A DNA stretch of 64,000 bases from Eledone cirrhosa (taxonomy: Eukaryota). The translations under genes were made by a program, and so were the position numbers. The notes below the pieces were generated by a model. That model worked only from the letters and a program-made list of their open reading frames with translations. It had not been told where the DNA came from and ran no database searches. Location: assembly GCA_964016885.1 (NCBI GenBank), contig OZ024743.1, forward strand, positions 293,198,001-293,262,000. Reading direction: 5' to 3'. Shown piece after piece: positions 32,040-44,851 of the stretch (within the stretch, counting starts at the first letter, position 1; each line of letters opens with the position of its first letter).

Positions 32040-32278
32040 ATATTTATTAAAATAACAGATTAAAGTTTAAGCAAAGAATCGCTGCTTTCACCCTTAACGG
32101 GATCTTCTGAAACTCTTTCAGAAGATCCCGTTAAGGGTGAAAGCAGCGATTCTTTGCTTAAACTTTAATCTGTTATTTTAATAAATATTTGCTCTACGGT
32201 TCTTATATATTTGATATATATTTATCCTTATCGAGCCCTCTTTGGATTTTAGTCTTCAAATTTATTATTATTACTATA
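32040..32278 (+). mobile_element. Fold-back element (family F): perfect 73-bp inverted arms plus ~90-bp tail
   Basis: 32040-32112 is the exact reverse complement of 32116-32188 (loop CTC); TA-flanked. Confidence 0.8.
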
Positions 32279-33700
32279 TTTATATATATATATATATATC
32301 ACGTGACATGCTACGTTGTAAAATCCCTACATAAATGAATATGTAAATTGTGTATGCCCGATAATCTGGTTAGTAGTATTCAAAGATGGAGTATTACTAA
32401 GTTCTAGAAGAATCAGAGATACGATGGTGTTATACCAAATGAATGACGCGTAGATTTTACAATAATATTTCCTATGTAATTTTTTTGTTACAATACAGAT
32501 TAACATGTATAGAGAATTGTTCATAAATATTGTCCAGAAGTATTGCTGAACTGCCAATTCTCCCCGTCCACTTTGGTGTAGGTGAGAGATGTCTTTTCTT
32601 GTGAAAATCGGTATAACTTCCATTATGTAAAATCTTCCCATTTTACCTCATTTCTTCCCCTTTTGTGGCACTTTTTTCAAGGTACTGGATTTTCTCTAAT
32701 GAACATATATTTCTGTCCAAGTATCCCAAGCATATTTTCTCGTGAAAGGCTTTATACAATCTTCCAAAAATAGTGTGGCCATAATAGTTTATAAGTAATC
32801 CCCAGCACCTTAATTTTAATACATTAAAATTCTTTTAGAGACGGAAATGTGTTGAAAAATTAAAACCAATTGCTATTCTTTGAGAGAAAAAAAACAACAA
32901 AAAAACAGGAAAGGAGAGCTGTAAAAATGAAATAAAAACAAACGAAACCAGATGCAACGTGAAAATAAACTCACAACAATCTTTACGCACTATTTTGAAC
33001 GGTGAAGGGAAGCTTCTGCTTCCGATAAATCACACACATAGGCACATAATATATTTCACTTGATTCAGATTACTAAAACTTCGAAAAAAAGTAAACAAAA
33101 TCTTGAGTTTGTGAAATCTAGCAATGATTCTCTGTCGGTAGAAAACAAAACCAACACGCACACATTCAAAAGAGCAGTCATCAATCTCTCTTTAAAATTT
33201 TATTAAAATATTCGTTTAATGCAAGGGTTATATTACTAACTTGTCTGGTATTTGTTCTAATGTGAAAGACAAGTTGACCTCTTATCGCATTTGAGCTAAA
33301 TAAAACATTAGAATCATTTCTAAATATTACTAAACAACCATCTAATCTTGCATTCTATCGTTTATGTCTGTCCATAGCCTCAAATACGACCTATAAGATA
33401 GGGAGGTATGTGCTTTGACGCATTCTGTTCTGTTGCTGTGACCAATAATTTTAAGGCCCAACACAGCCTAATTCACTGTATAGTCGACTTGATTATTTTG
33501 TCAAGCTGTAGGCCATGGTTCTATTCAACACTGCAGATGAAACCATGATATCTTATTTCTGTTATTTCTACGCTAGTTCTTCATTGATTATTCCATATAT
33601 ATATATATATAAATAGATTGGTTTTCCGATGGGGATTGGGAAGAAACCAATGTTACAAACGGTTCTCGATACATTAGTAGAGAAAATACATATCTAATTT

Positions 33701-33812
33701 ATATAGAAATGACTTCTACAGGACTAGAACTTTTTCATTCATATGGAATCATCATTCCTGATGCTTTCATACAATTGAAATAGTTCTAGTCCTGTAGAAG
33801 TAATTTCTATAT
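33701..33812. repeat. Fold-back palindrome (family G) with hammerhead-like remnants
   Basis: ATATAGAAATGACTTCTACAGGACTAGAACT / AGTTCTAGTCCTGTAGAAGTAATTTCTATAT. Confidence 0.75.
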
Positions 33813-34242
33813 TGTATATATTGCAGTCCAATGACTGTTTCCATAAATGATATATTGTATCAAAGACGTATCGAAACGTAGTTTGATATTAATCCACATA
33901 TGGACGACTTACAAGGAAAAGATTTTAATCTGACATTATCATTGAGAGCAATTGTAACAGACTTGGAGACATTCACATCCAACAAAACAATTTTTTATTT
34001 ATTTACTACCCTATTAAAAATAGGATGAAGGATTGCCCGAAAAATATAGGCATGGGTTCCTTTCTTTATGTTATTATTAGAAAATAAGATATGGGTGCCG
34101 CAACAAAATAATTTTGAAAACCAGTTTACTAAGCTCTATAATAGAATGCAATATAAAACAATTTTGTTTGTGTGTATGTATATATTTGTGTGTGTTACAC
34201 TTTAAATAAGTTGTTCGTATTCCATTTATAGAAAGCCGATTT

Positions 34243-34287
<45 letters not shown>

Positions 34288-34938
34288 TTTCATTTTTAAA
34301 CAATAAAGTTCGGTTCTTTTGTTTTCTTCTATAGTCCCTTCGTTCTTCCCTTTTATGTTCTCATTTCCTTCCTCTTCACCCAACTATTCTGTTTTTCCTT
34401 CTTCATTTCTATTTTTTACTTCTTTCTCTCTTCTGGTGAAATTCTTCCTCACGATAGATTTATTGCAATAGAGTATATAATATAAAATGTAAATTATGAC
34501 ATACGACATGGAAAACTTCAAACGATATGTAGCATCAATAATTTTACAAATGTATTTCCACCAGTGTTCCTTCATCTTGTCTTGTTCTTTAAACATCTCG
34601 CTGTCATCTTCCCTTTCTCTTAACATTTTCTTTCTCTCTTTCTCCTTCATTTGCAATTTTCTTCTATCCTCTGAAGTGGTCGTCATCTTGTCTTTTATGT
34701 TGCAACTTTTCTTCTCTCTTTGACAATTCAAGGAGAGCCAACGAAATTCTAACAAGTTGTCGTGGTGGTTTAGCCTCAGGCCTGCCCTGAAAAAGTACAC
34801 TTAATATAATATGCTGTCCACTTGTGACCATCCAGTCTTCAATTTTGTTTAGCATATAGTGCATCTCGAGCTGAGATTTAGTTGCTATTTCTAAAAATTT
34901 GCTTTTTACACAATGAAACTGAAGATTTTAGTTCCCTT

Positions 34939-35014
<76 letters not shown>

Positions 35015-35149
35015 CAACATGCCACCACGACTGGAATGCTTTTGACCATTGGTTTCCTTCATTAAAATTGATCTATGCCTAAACATGAACGAGTTGAAAA
35101 GGCGGATGTGGTGATGTTCATGTGTTTACAAAGTACATTATCTATAGGT

Positions 35150-35310
35150 AATGGGTCGGACGCCATGCTTTCCAACATAGTTACGTCCCTTTACGATCTG
35201 AGTTCAAATCCCGCCGAGGTTGACTTTGCCTTTCATCCTTACGGGGTCGATAAAATAAAGTACCAGTAATGCACTGGTTAATTGCTGGCCTTGTGTTTAA
35301 AGTAGAAACA
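35150..35310 (+). mobile_element. SINE with tRNA-like B box and conserved central domain
   Basis: GAGTTCAAATCCCGCCGAGGTTGACTTTGCCTTTCATCCTTACGGGGTCGATAAAATAAAGTACCAG; related copies at ~2985-3080, 18190-18310, 26870-26935 (-) and 61040-61100. Confidence 0.65.
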
Positions 35311-35469
35311 ATTATCTATAGGTAATAAAAAAAAAACAAAAAAACAATGTGGTTTACACATGATGAAAGCAAACCAGGCTATTTATTATCTTATACAATC
35401 TTTCGTTCATGTTGCAAACAAACACACACACAATCATACAATGTTGCGAGTGTGTATGATGTTTTAAAC

Positions 35470-35677
35470 AAGGCATGTCAAACTGAGGGTGCCCCGATGA
35501 CCACATATGTGTTGTCTGAGGGCCGCACACGACTGATTGTGCATATTACAACTAATTTTTTTAATTTTTACATTACGAAGATGAAACATGCTCGCGCTGT
35601 AAAATCCTTTGCGCGGGCCGCATGTGTGCTTGTAAAAGGCCGTATGCGGCCCGCGGACTGCATGTTTGATATACCTG
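35470..35677. mobile_element. hAT (Charlie-type) MITE
   Basis: TIRs (C/A)AGGCATGTCAAAC / GTTTGATATACCTG, internal GCGGCCC motifs, and a perfect 8-bp TSD TTTTAAAC at 35462-35469 and 35678-35685. Confidence 0.85.
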
Positions 35678-36276
35678 TTTTAAACGATATAAACCTAACT
35701 GGTACTCTATCATTTAAAAAAATGATTTTGGTGTTGTGGAGGAGGGTGTTTTTCTGTGTATGCATATGTTGAAAATATGTTGTGTGTGTATGGTTGTTTA
35801 TTTTTTTCAGTCCTGGTATCTAACCGGCCTCTCACCACGCTACCGGAACCCCTGAAACCGGATATAGTTGCTGACTTCATCTTACCCCTCACCGTTTCTC
35901 CTTGTCTTTCTTGTTTCTCGTCCTTCCTTTCTGCCCTCCTTCAGACACACCCGCTATCCCACTCCCTAGTTCCTTCTTTCGTCGCACTCTCCCCTTCCAC
36001 CTTCCCTCTTTCTCCCTTCTTTCCCCAAATTCAATTTTTATGATTTCCTTCTATTAAAACCTGCCATGTTTTTTTAATAAGCACCATACATACTGTATAC
36101 ACACACATTCACAAACACATATACAACCATGTAAAACAAAAATATTTATATAGACGCACATATAAAGGTATTAACTGACTTGTCATGATTTTCAACAGAA
36201 TCGACAATATGCATACATATATACATACATATATACATACATACATATATATACATATATACACATATATATATAT

Positions 36277-36319
<43 letters not shown>

Positions 36320-36332
36320 CACATATATATAT

Positions 36333-36531
36333 ATAGGAACAAGTATGATCCTGACGGCAGAGCTCAAGCCGTTTCGTCGGCTATTTCTGGACAGTTCAGA
36401 AATAGCAGTCGAAACGGCTTGAGCTCTGCCGTCGGGGTCATACTTGTTCCTATTACCCACTCTACTACCCTAAGTATTGAGTACTTTGGTGCATTATGGT
36501 CCATCTGGTTCCTTACCACAATTCCTTCGTT
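36333..36531 (+). mobile_element. Fold-back family X copy: palindrome 36333-36453 plus 78-bp tail
   Basis: Inverted arms around GACAGTT; tail TACCCACTCTACTACCCTAAG...CCTTCGTT; TA-flanked. Confidence 0.8.
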
Positions 36532-36605
36532 ATATATATAAAATATAAAATAACAAGAGGCTGGACTGGTGTAAATCATTGAAAGGTTTATTATAACCTA
36601 AATAA

Positions 36606-36650
<45 letters not shown>

Positions 36651-37255
36651 GTGTAGGATATGCAAAGCCTTTTATTGCTACTTACAGGGAATGCAGTATG
36701 CAAACAACGATCATACATTAATAAATATACGAACAAATTAGGAGCAGGTCTTAAAATAAAATGTAAATGTTCAGCTGTAATACTGTTGATTATGATTTTC
36801 ATGCTGGTATAAGACCCTAACAATGATTATGACTGTGATTTATCATAGACTGAATCAGGCTTGGTAATATTATTTGGTAGCTTGATAATATTTTCCTGTT
36901 TAAATGTCAAAAATCCAGGTTTCTGCAATTTGCAGGTCGGCCCTGTTTGCACTACGTTTACTTGCAGTATTTTAATACAGTGAGCTTTAATTAGGGGTGT
37001 TTTTCATTAAGCAATAGCTCACCTTAATGTTGTTTTTTGTCGAAGGGACTGGAATTTATGGCCGTTCTAGAAATACTTTCCAAATCCAGAGAGGAATGTG
37101 TGCAATGCTAGATTTACACTGATGTTGTTTGAGGGATTATACCATGTAACAATTATTTTCCTTGTATTGTTAGGCTGCTGGCTTGATGGTTAGGGGAATA
37201 CTATAGTATATCATGTTTCTCTTTATATATCTATCTATCTATCTATCTATCTATA

Positions 37256-37295
<40 letters not shown>

Positions 37296-37319
37296 TATAT
37301 ATATATATATATATATATA

Positions 37320-37397
<78 letters not shown>

Positions 37398-37545
37398 TAT
37401 ATATATATATATGCATATATATATATATATATGCATATATATATATATATATGCATATATATATATATATGCATATATATATATATATGCATATATATAT
37501 ATATGCATATATATCTATCTATCTTTATATATCTATCTTTATATA

Positions 37546-37594
<49 letters not shown>

Positions 37595-37621
37595 GCATCT
37601 ATATATATATATATATATATA

Positions 37622-37701
<80 letters not shown>

Positions 37702-37719
37702 TATATATATATATATATA

Positions 37720-37757
<38 letters not shown>

Positions 37758-37833
37758 TATATATATATATGCATATATATATATATGCATATATATATAT
37801 ATGCATATATATATATATGCATATATATATATA

Positions 37834-37879
<46 letters not shown>

Positions 37880-37901
37880 TATATATATATATATATATAT
37901 A

Positions 37902-37937
<36 letters not shown>

Positions 37938-37955
37938 TATGCATATATATATATA

Positions 37956-38023
<68 letters not shown>

Positions 38024-38165
38024 TATATATATATGCATATATATATATGCATATATATATATATGCATATATATATATGCACACATATATATATATATGC
38101 ATATATATATATATATATATATATGCACATATATATATATATGCATATATATATATATGCATATA

Positions 38166-38220
<55 letters not shown>

Positions 38221-38381
38221 GTATGCATATATATATATGCATATATATATATATGTATATATATATGTATGCATATATATATATGCATATATATATGCAT
38301 ATGCATATATATATATATATGCATATATATGTATATATATGCATATATATGCATATATATATATGCATATATATATATGCA

Positions 38382-38432
<51 letters not shown>

Positions 38433-38555
38433 GCATATATATATATATATATGCATATATATATATATATGCATATATATATATATATATGCATATATAT
38501 ATGCATATATATATATATGCCTATATATATATGCATATATATATATATATATATA

Positions 38556-38682
38556 AAACATGAGACGAAAGAAGAAGAATGCGTGGTTGCACATGGGTTA
38601 CTTATGATAAAAATAGTCCTTCGTCAGTGATTTGCCAACCATCATTGATATTTCATCGCATTAAAAATCATATACCTCAGGA
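38556..38682 (-). mobile_element. Divergent homologue of the structured motif in the 30921-32002 element
   Basis: The minus strand aligns without gaps to 31293-31388. Confidence 0.75.
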
Positions 38683-38758
38683 TGCATATATATATAGATA
38701 TATATATGCATATATATATATGCATATGCATATATATGCATATGCATATATATGCATA

Positions 38759-38806
<48 letters not shown>

Positions 38807-39171
38807 TATATATATATATATATATATATATGCATATATATATATATATATGCATATACATATATATATATATATGCATATACATATATATATATATATG
38901 CATATATATATATCTATGCATATACTTATATATATATATATATGCATATATATACATATATATGCATATATATATATGCATATGCATACATATATGCATA
39001 TATATATATGCATACATATATATATACATATATATATATATATACATATATATATGCATATATATATATATATGCATATATGCATATATATATATACATA
39101 TATATATATGCATATGCATATATATATATGTATATGTATATATATATGCATATGCATACATATATATATGC

Positions 39172-39203
<32 letters not shown>

Positions 39204-39245
39204 ATGCATATGCTTATATATATATACATATGCATATATATATAC

Positions 39246-39276
<31 letters not shown>

Positions 39277-39825
39277 CATATACATATACATATATATATA
39301 TATATATGCATATACATATATATAGATATGCATATACATATATATATATATAAATTATATGCATATACTTATATATATATATGCATATATATATATGTAT
39401 ATATGCATATATATATATATTCATATGCATATATATATATATTCATATACATATATATATGCATATATATATATGTATATATGCATATATATATATGTAT
39501 ATATGCATATATATATATGTATATATGCATATATATATATGCATATACATATATATATATATGCATATATATATATGCATATATATATATATGCATATAT
39601 ATATATATGCATATGCATATATATATATGCATATACATATATATATATATATATGCATATATACATATGTATATATGCATATATATATATACATATATAT
39701 ATGCATATACATATATATATATATGCATATATATATATATGCATATATATATATATATGCATATATATATATATATATATGCATATATATATATATATAT
39801 ATGCATATATATATATGCATATATA

Positions 39826-39865
<40 letters not shown>

Positions 39866-39917
39866 TATATATATGCATATATATATATATGCATATATAT
39901 ATATATATATACATATA

Positions 39918-39957
<40 letters not shown>

Positions 39958-40030
39958 TATATATATATATATATATATATGCATATATATATGCATATAT
40001 ATATATATGCATATATATATATATATATAT

Positions 40031-40768
40031 GTGTGCAGAGGATATACGCAGACTAGAGAGGAACGAAGCTTGCATGCTCCGCTGGATGTGTAACAGTAAT
40101 ATACGTGAACGGCAAAGCATAAACGAACTAAGGAAAAAATTAGAGATAAGAGGGATCAGATGTTGTTTACTCGAGAGAAGGCTGCGTTGGTATGGACACG
40201 TGATGCGCATGAAAGTCGATAGCTGTATTACAAAGTGCAGGGCAATAAAGATAGACGGTAGCCACGGAATAGGCAGACCTAGAAAAACATGGGATGAGCT
40301 GATAAACTCCGACCTCACACACTTACACCTCTCCAAGACAATGTCACTGGACCGTGACCTTTGGCGGTACTCAGTAACAGAGAAGACCCGCCTTGCCAGT
40401 AGGCATCTCTAACAAACTACACCCCGTCCCGCCACCACCCCCACCCCATCCACACCACCCCGTTCTATGTAAAGTTATGTTGGTGCCGCGCCATCCAGGC
40501 CGAAACAAATGAGATCGTGTAGGTGTCACGACAAAAAAACACACAGTCCACGCTGTAATGTGGCCGTGTAGGCAACACGGTAAAAACCTCCCAGACCAAC
40601 ACTGTAAATGTGGTTGGTGTTAGGAAGGGCATCCAACTGTAGAAAACCTGCCAGACAGTCCTATGCGAGCAAGACAATCACTCTTGCCTCAAGTGGGACT
40701 ACCCCCGTCCAAACCCATGCAAGCGTGGAACACGGACGTTAAACGTTGATGATGATGATGATGATGAT
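40031..40768 (+). mobile_element. RTE-clade LINE 3' end (ORF C-terminus, 3' UTR, (GAT)n tail)
   Basis: MLRWMC...[11 protein letters not shown]...GRPRKTW motifs, stop at 40412, (GAT)n tail; the first ~52 nt are identical to 57411-57462. Confidence 0.9.
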
Positions 40769-40931
40769 ATATATATGCATATATATATGCATATATATAT
40801 ATATGCATATATATATATATATATATGCATATATATATATATATATATATGCATATATATATATATATATATATATGCATATATATATATATGCATATAT
40901 ATATATGCATATATATATATATATATATATA

Positions 40932-40965
<34 letters not shown>

Positions 40966-40977
40966 TATATATATATA

Positions 40978-41022
<45 letters not shown>

Positions 41023-43533
41023 GCATATATATATATATATGCATATATATATGCATATATATATATATATATGCATATATATATATATATACATATATGC
41101 ATATATATATATATATAGATATATGCATATATATATACATATATGCATATATATATATATATATGCATATATATATATATGCATATATATATATATATAT
41201 GCATATACACACATACACATACAATGTTTGTATCTGTAGTATGTTTGAAAAAGTAGAGAATATTTTCTATGGAATTACCAGTTGAGAAAGGAAAGAGTGG
41301 GGAGAGGGGCTAAAATCCCTAAAGTCGCACATGTGAGGGGAAGTGATGGATTATTCAGGCAAGACAAAATAGTTTCTGTAAACATGTGGAGGTTATTAAG
41401 AGAGAGGCGGTGTGTAGAGGGTAGAGTAGAATAAATAGGTGACAGGTTTTCACTGCCCCATTTCATTTATTTATGTCTTATAACACGGAAAAAACCCCGT
41501 ATAAAATAAATTATTTGTTATTTATTTCTCTTGTAAAGAGAGTGGTACAATTCTGAGATTGTTATATGGAGGTTTGCGGAATGGGTGCTACGAAACATTA
41601 TATTGAAAGGTCACGAACTTTTCAGCAATCACTTGAATGATACACCCTCACCCCCGCACACACCCATATATATATATGAATGATTCTATGAGTATAAGGG
41701 TGAAACAACTCCAGAGTAACAACTCATCACTTGGCCACACACACACACACACACAAATGGAGAATGAAATGGCCCCAATATGTTTATATAGTGGCTTCCC
41801 ATGAAGGTTAAACATCAATTTCTCAACATTTTCCCCGGTCAGGCAATGGCCTGCTTCCGTGGCCGCTAAATTTATCTGGTCTAACCTGTATAAATGTTGC
41901 AGCCCCTATGTAAAATTTCAGTAACCTAGGTGCATAAATATGACCTGCAACTTGGAATGTACATTTTATATATTAAGATTACAGATATTGTTAAAGATAA
42001 TTTCCAATTGATTTATAAGGTATACCTCCTTTATATTGTATTATTTGTATTGTTGCAATGGCTTTAATAAGATGCTATTGTTGTATATGGTTATAAATGA
42101 GATATACCGTAAACATAAAGGTCAGAAGAACCATATTCGTTTAAATCGGTTCTTTTATGGTTCAGATTTATCCATAAATCAATTAATTTTGAGAAAAAAA
42201 TATATTGGTTTTTAAGATTCCAGTCAATACTACGCGTGCTCTTTGAGATAATGGTATTAAATAACTGCTACTAATATTTTAGAGCCGTCATGCACCATTA
42301 GTTATTAAATAATAGGTTTCAAATTTTGAGCAGACCCTAACAATGTGGCCTAGTAGTTCGGGTAAGGTTATGCGTGCGATTCCCAAACATTTCAGTTTGA
42401 TCATCTTCCCCTGATTATTCCAGAGACCCTAATAGTACAAGGGTTTCATAATATAAAATACTATTATAGAGAAATTTACGAACTTCTCGTCCGTTTCTAG
42501 ATTTGATTACATCCCATTGATTATACCGGGAACCCTATTAGTACATGTGTACCTTAGTGTAAAGTACTTGACATAATGTACGAGAATTAATTCAATGGAC
42601 TATAATGATATTTTAAATGAAATCTGAGCCATTGTAAGATATCACGATTATGGAGGGTTAACTGCAAACATACTAAAGCATAGGCACCAGATTTGCATGT
42701 AGTAGTATTCTGTTACTGTCGCCTGTTTTGAATTTAAATCATAACAGGCAAGGTTATGGCGATTACATTCTGACCCTCTAACAAATGTGTGGCTCTTGTT
42801 CTGATATAATAAATAAAACGTCGTCATCGTTATCATCGGCACATCAGCAACTGTTGTATGATAAATATTTCGACTGGTTTAGTAGAGAGATTCCCCGATT
42901 ATTTACAAATACATTTGCTTTAATGAAAACGTGTCTCGGTTATTAAATATGTAGTATATCTAATAACTATACTTATCTATTTACCCTATCAATAATGTTG
43001 TTTTTTCCTGGGGCGTTTTATATATAATGATATATGGAAACAGCCAAACAATAACTGAACGAATACTTAAGATATATAAGCAGAGTATCGATATTATTTT
43101 TTTTAAATAGTGACCAGTTACTTCGAAGTCACTTTCACTTTTCTTTTACATTAAAAATAACTCACACTTACTCACAGAAACATGTAAGCTTGGCGGTTTT
43201 AAAGAGCCACTGTCGAAAACCCATGTTTGAGTTAAATGCCTTTATAAATATGTTTGTTAGTATGTACATGAAGTCATTTATATTGGAATCGTCTTTTCGA
43301 TTGTAATCCGTGTCCGACCTGATCTCTTACATAGGGACAGCCCGTCCTACCCATGCTAGCGTGGAAAATGAACGTTAAACGATGATGATGATAGCTAAAT
43401 TCTAAATGAGCTAAATTACAAAGTATAGTGTAATAGGTGGAGAGATGTGGTTGAGGTATTGAACTCAAAGCTCACCACTTACCATCAAAATTAATACGAC
43501 AAGCCGCTATACACAAATACACACTCACATATA

Positions 43534-43654
43534 TAGTGGGTGTATATGATAGTGAAAAAAAACAAATCTTCAATCAACTTAGGCTATCTTTACAATTTCA
43601 AAGCCAATATATATTTAGAATGCAAGGCACTACTTCCCTTTTTAGGCATATACA

Positions 43655-43686
<32 letters not shown>

Positions 43687-43820
43687 CACGCACGCGCAGT
43701 GCATATGCCTAAAAAGTGAAGTAGTGCCTTGCATTCTAAATATATTTGGCCTTGAAATTGTAAAGATAGCCTAAGTTGATTGAAGATTTGTTTGTTTTTC
43801 ACTACCATATACACCCACTA
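43534..43820. repeat. Inverted-repeat element (family H), ~120-bp arms around a central (TA)n
   Basis: 43534-43654 versus 43700-43820; a further partial end at ~43964-43985. Confidence 0.8.
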
Positions 43821-43854
43821 TATATATATATATATATATATATAACACACACAC

Positions 43855-43887
<33 letters not shown>

Positions 43888-43934
43888 ATGCACACACACC
43901 TATATACATATATATATAATGCACACACACACAC

Positions 43935-43968
<34 letters not shown>

Positions 43969-44538
43969 GGTGTATATGTTAGTGACTTAAATATGGAATG
44001 TTACGCGATGGTCACCCCACCACTACTTGCATGTTTTTCTTTTGATTCTGTTAATAAATTTTCGATAAAATATTAAATTTCCATAATGCTTTTAGATTTC
44101 AGGCTGGTGTCATATTTGTTCTCACCGTCTGCTGTCTAGTTTGACTTGGTTTGACACGCATATAATTTCACTTACGCATATATATATATATTTTGCACAC
44201 ACTCAAACTCATTAACTACCAGTAATAATGCTTTTAATGTTAGGCGCAATGAGAATTTGTAGTGTTTAAATGCTTAACGAAGGGCATTTAAGTGCAATGC
44301 GTGAAAATGGTTATCACGTTGTAGTTATTGTGATTTGTGGGTATTAATAGTGATTGTGAAGGGAGGTGTTTTCGAGTTCCGTACCACAGTCACTTACCTC
44401 TACCCGCTCACTCTAATGTTGGAATTTTAACTAATATTTTAAATTAATATTCAGGTCGAGATTTTGGTGAATTAGGAAAAACAAGATATATTTCGCCTTC
44501 CCATGTGGTAAATTTTATGATTCTGAATTTGTATATAA

Positions 44539-44851
44539 CAGTGGAACCTCTGACAAGGAATTTAATTCGTTCCCGAAGGCCGTTCGTCACCTGAAATGTT
44601 TGTGAGCCGAAACTATTTTTTCCATACGAAATGTTCAGAGAGAAATAGAGTAAGAGAGAGAGATTGTCTGTGAAAGACAGATAGATATCACTATAGTAAC
44701 TAATTACACAGAAAGTGACGCGTTTCCGCCGATACTCCAAGCTTGTTGACAACCGTTGTTGCCGGTTTGTGTGTTCGTTACTTGAGACAGAGTTCGTCAG
44801 CCGACACGTTTTATGGTCGGAAAAATTGTTCGTGAACCGCAGTTTCCACTG
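44539..44851. mobile_element. pogo/Tigger-type MITE
   Basis: Termini CAGTGGAACCTC ... GTTTCCACTG followed by TA. Confidence 0.7.

Larger units (their letters stand above)
37250..41212. repeat. ~4 kb (TA)n array with TATGCA variant units, interrupted by two insertions
   Basis: Seen directly; insertions at 38556-38682 and 40031-40768. Confidence 0.95.

Noticed and set aside
34384-34864. Possible decayed transposase (CxxC and charged stretch)
   Set aside because: Low complexity, broken frames and no diagnostic catalytic motif
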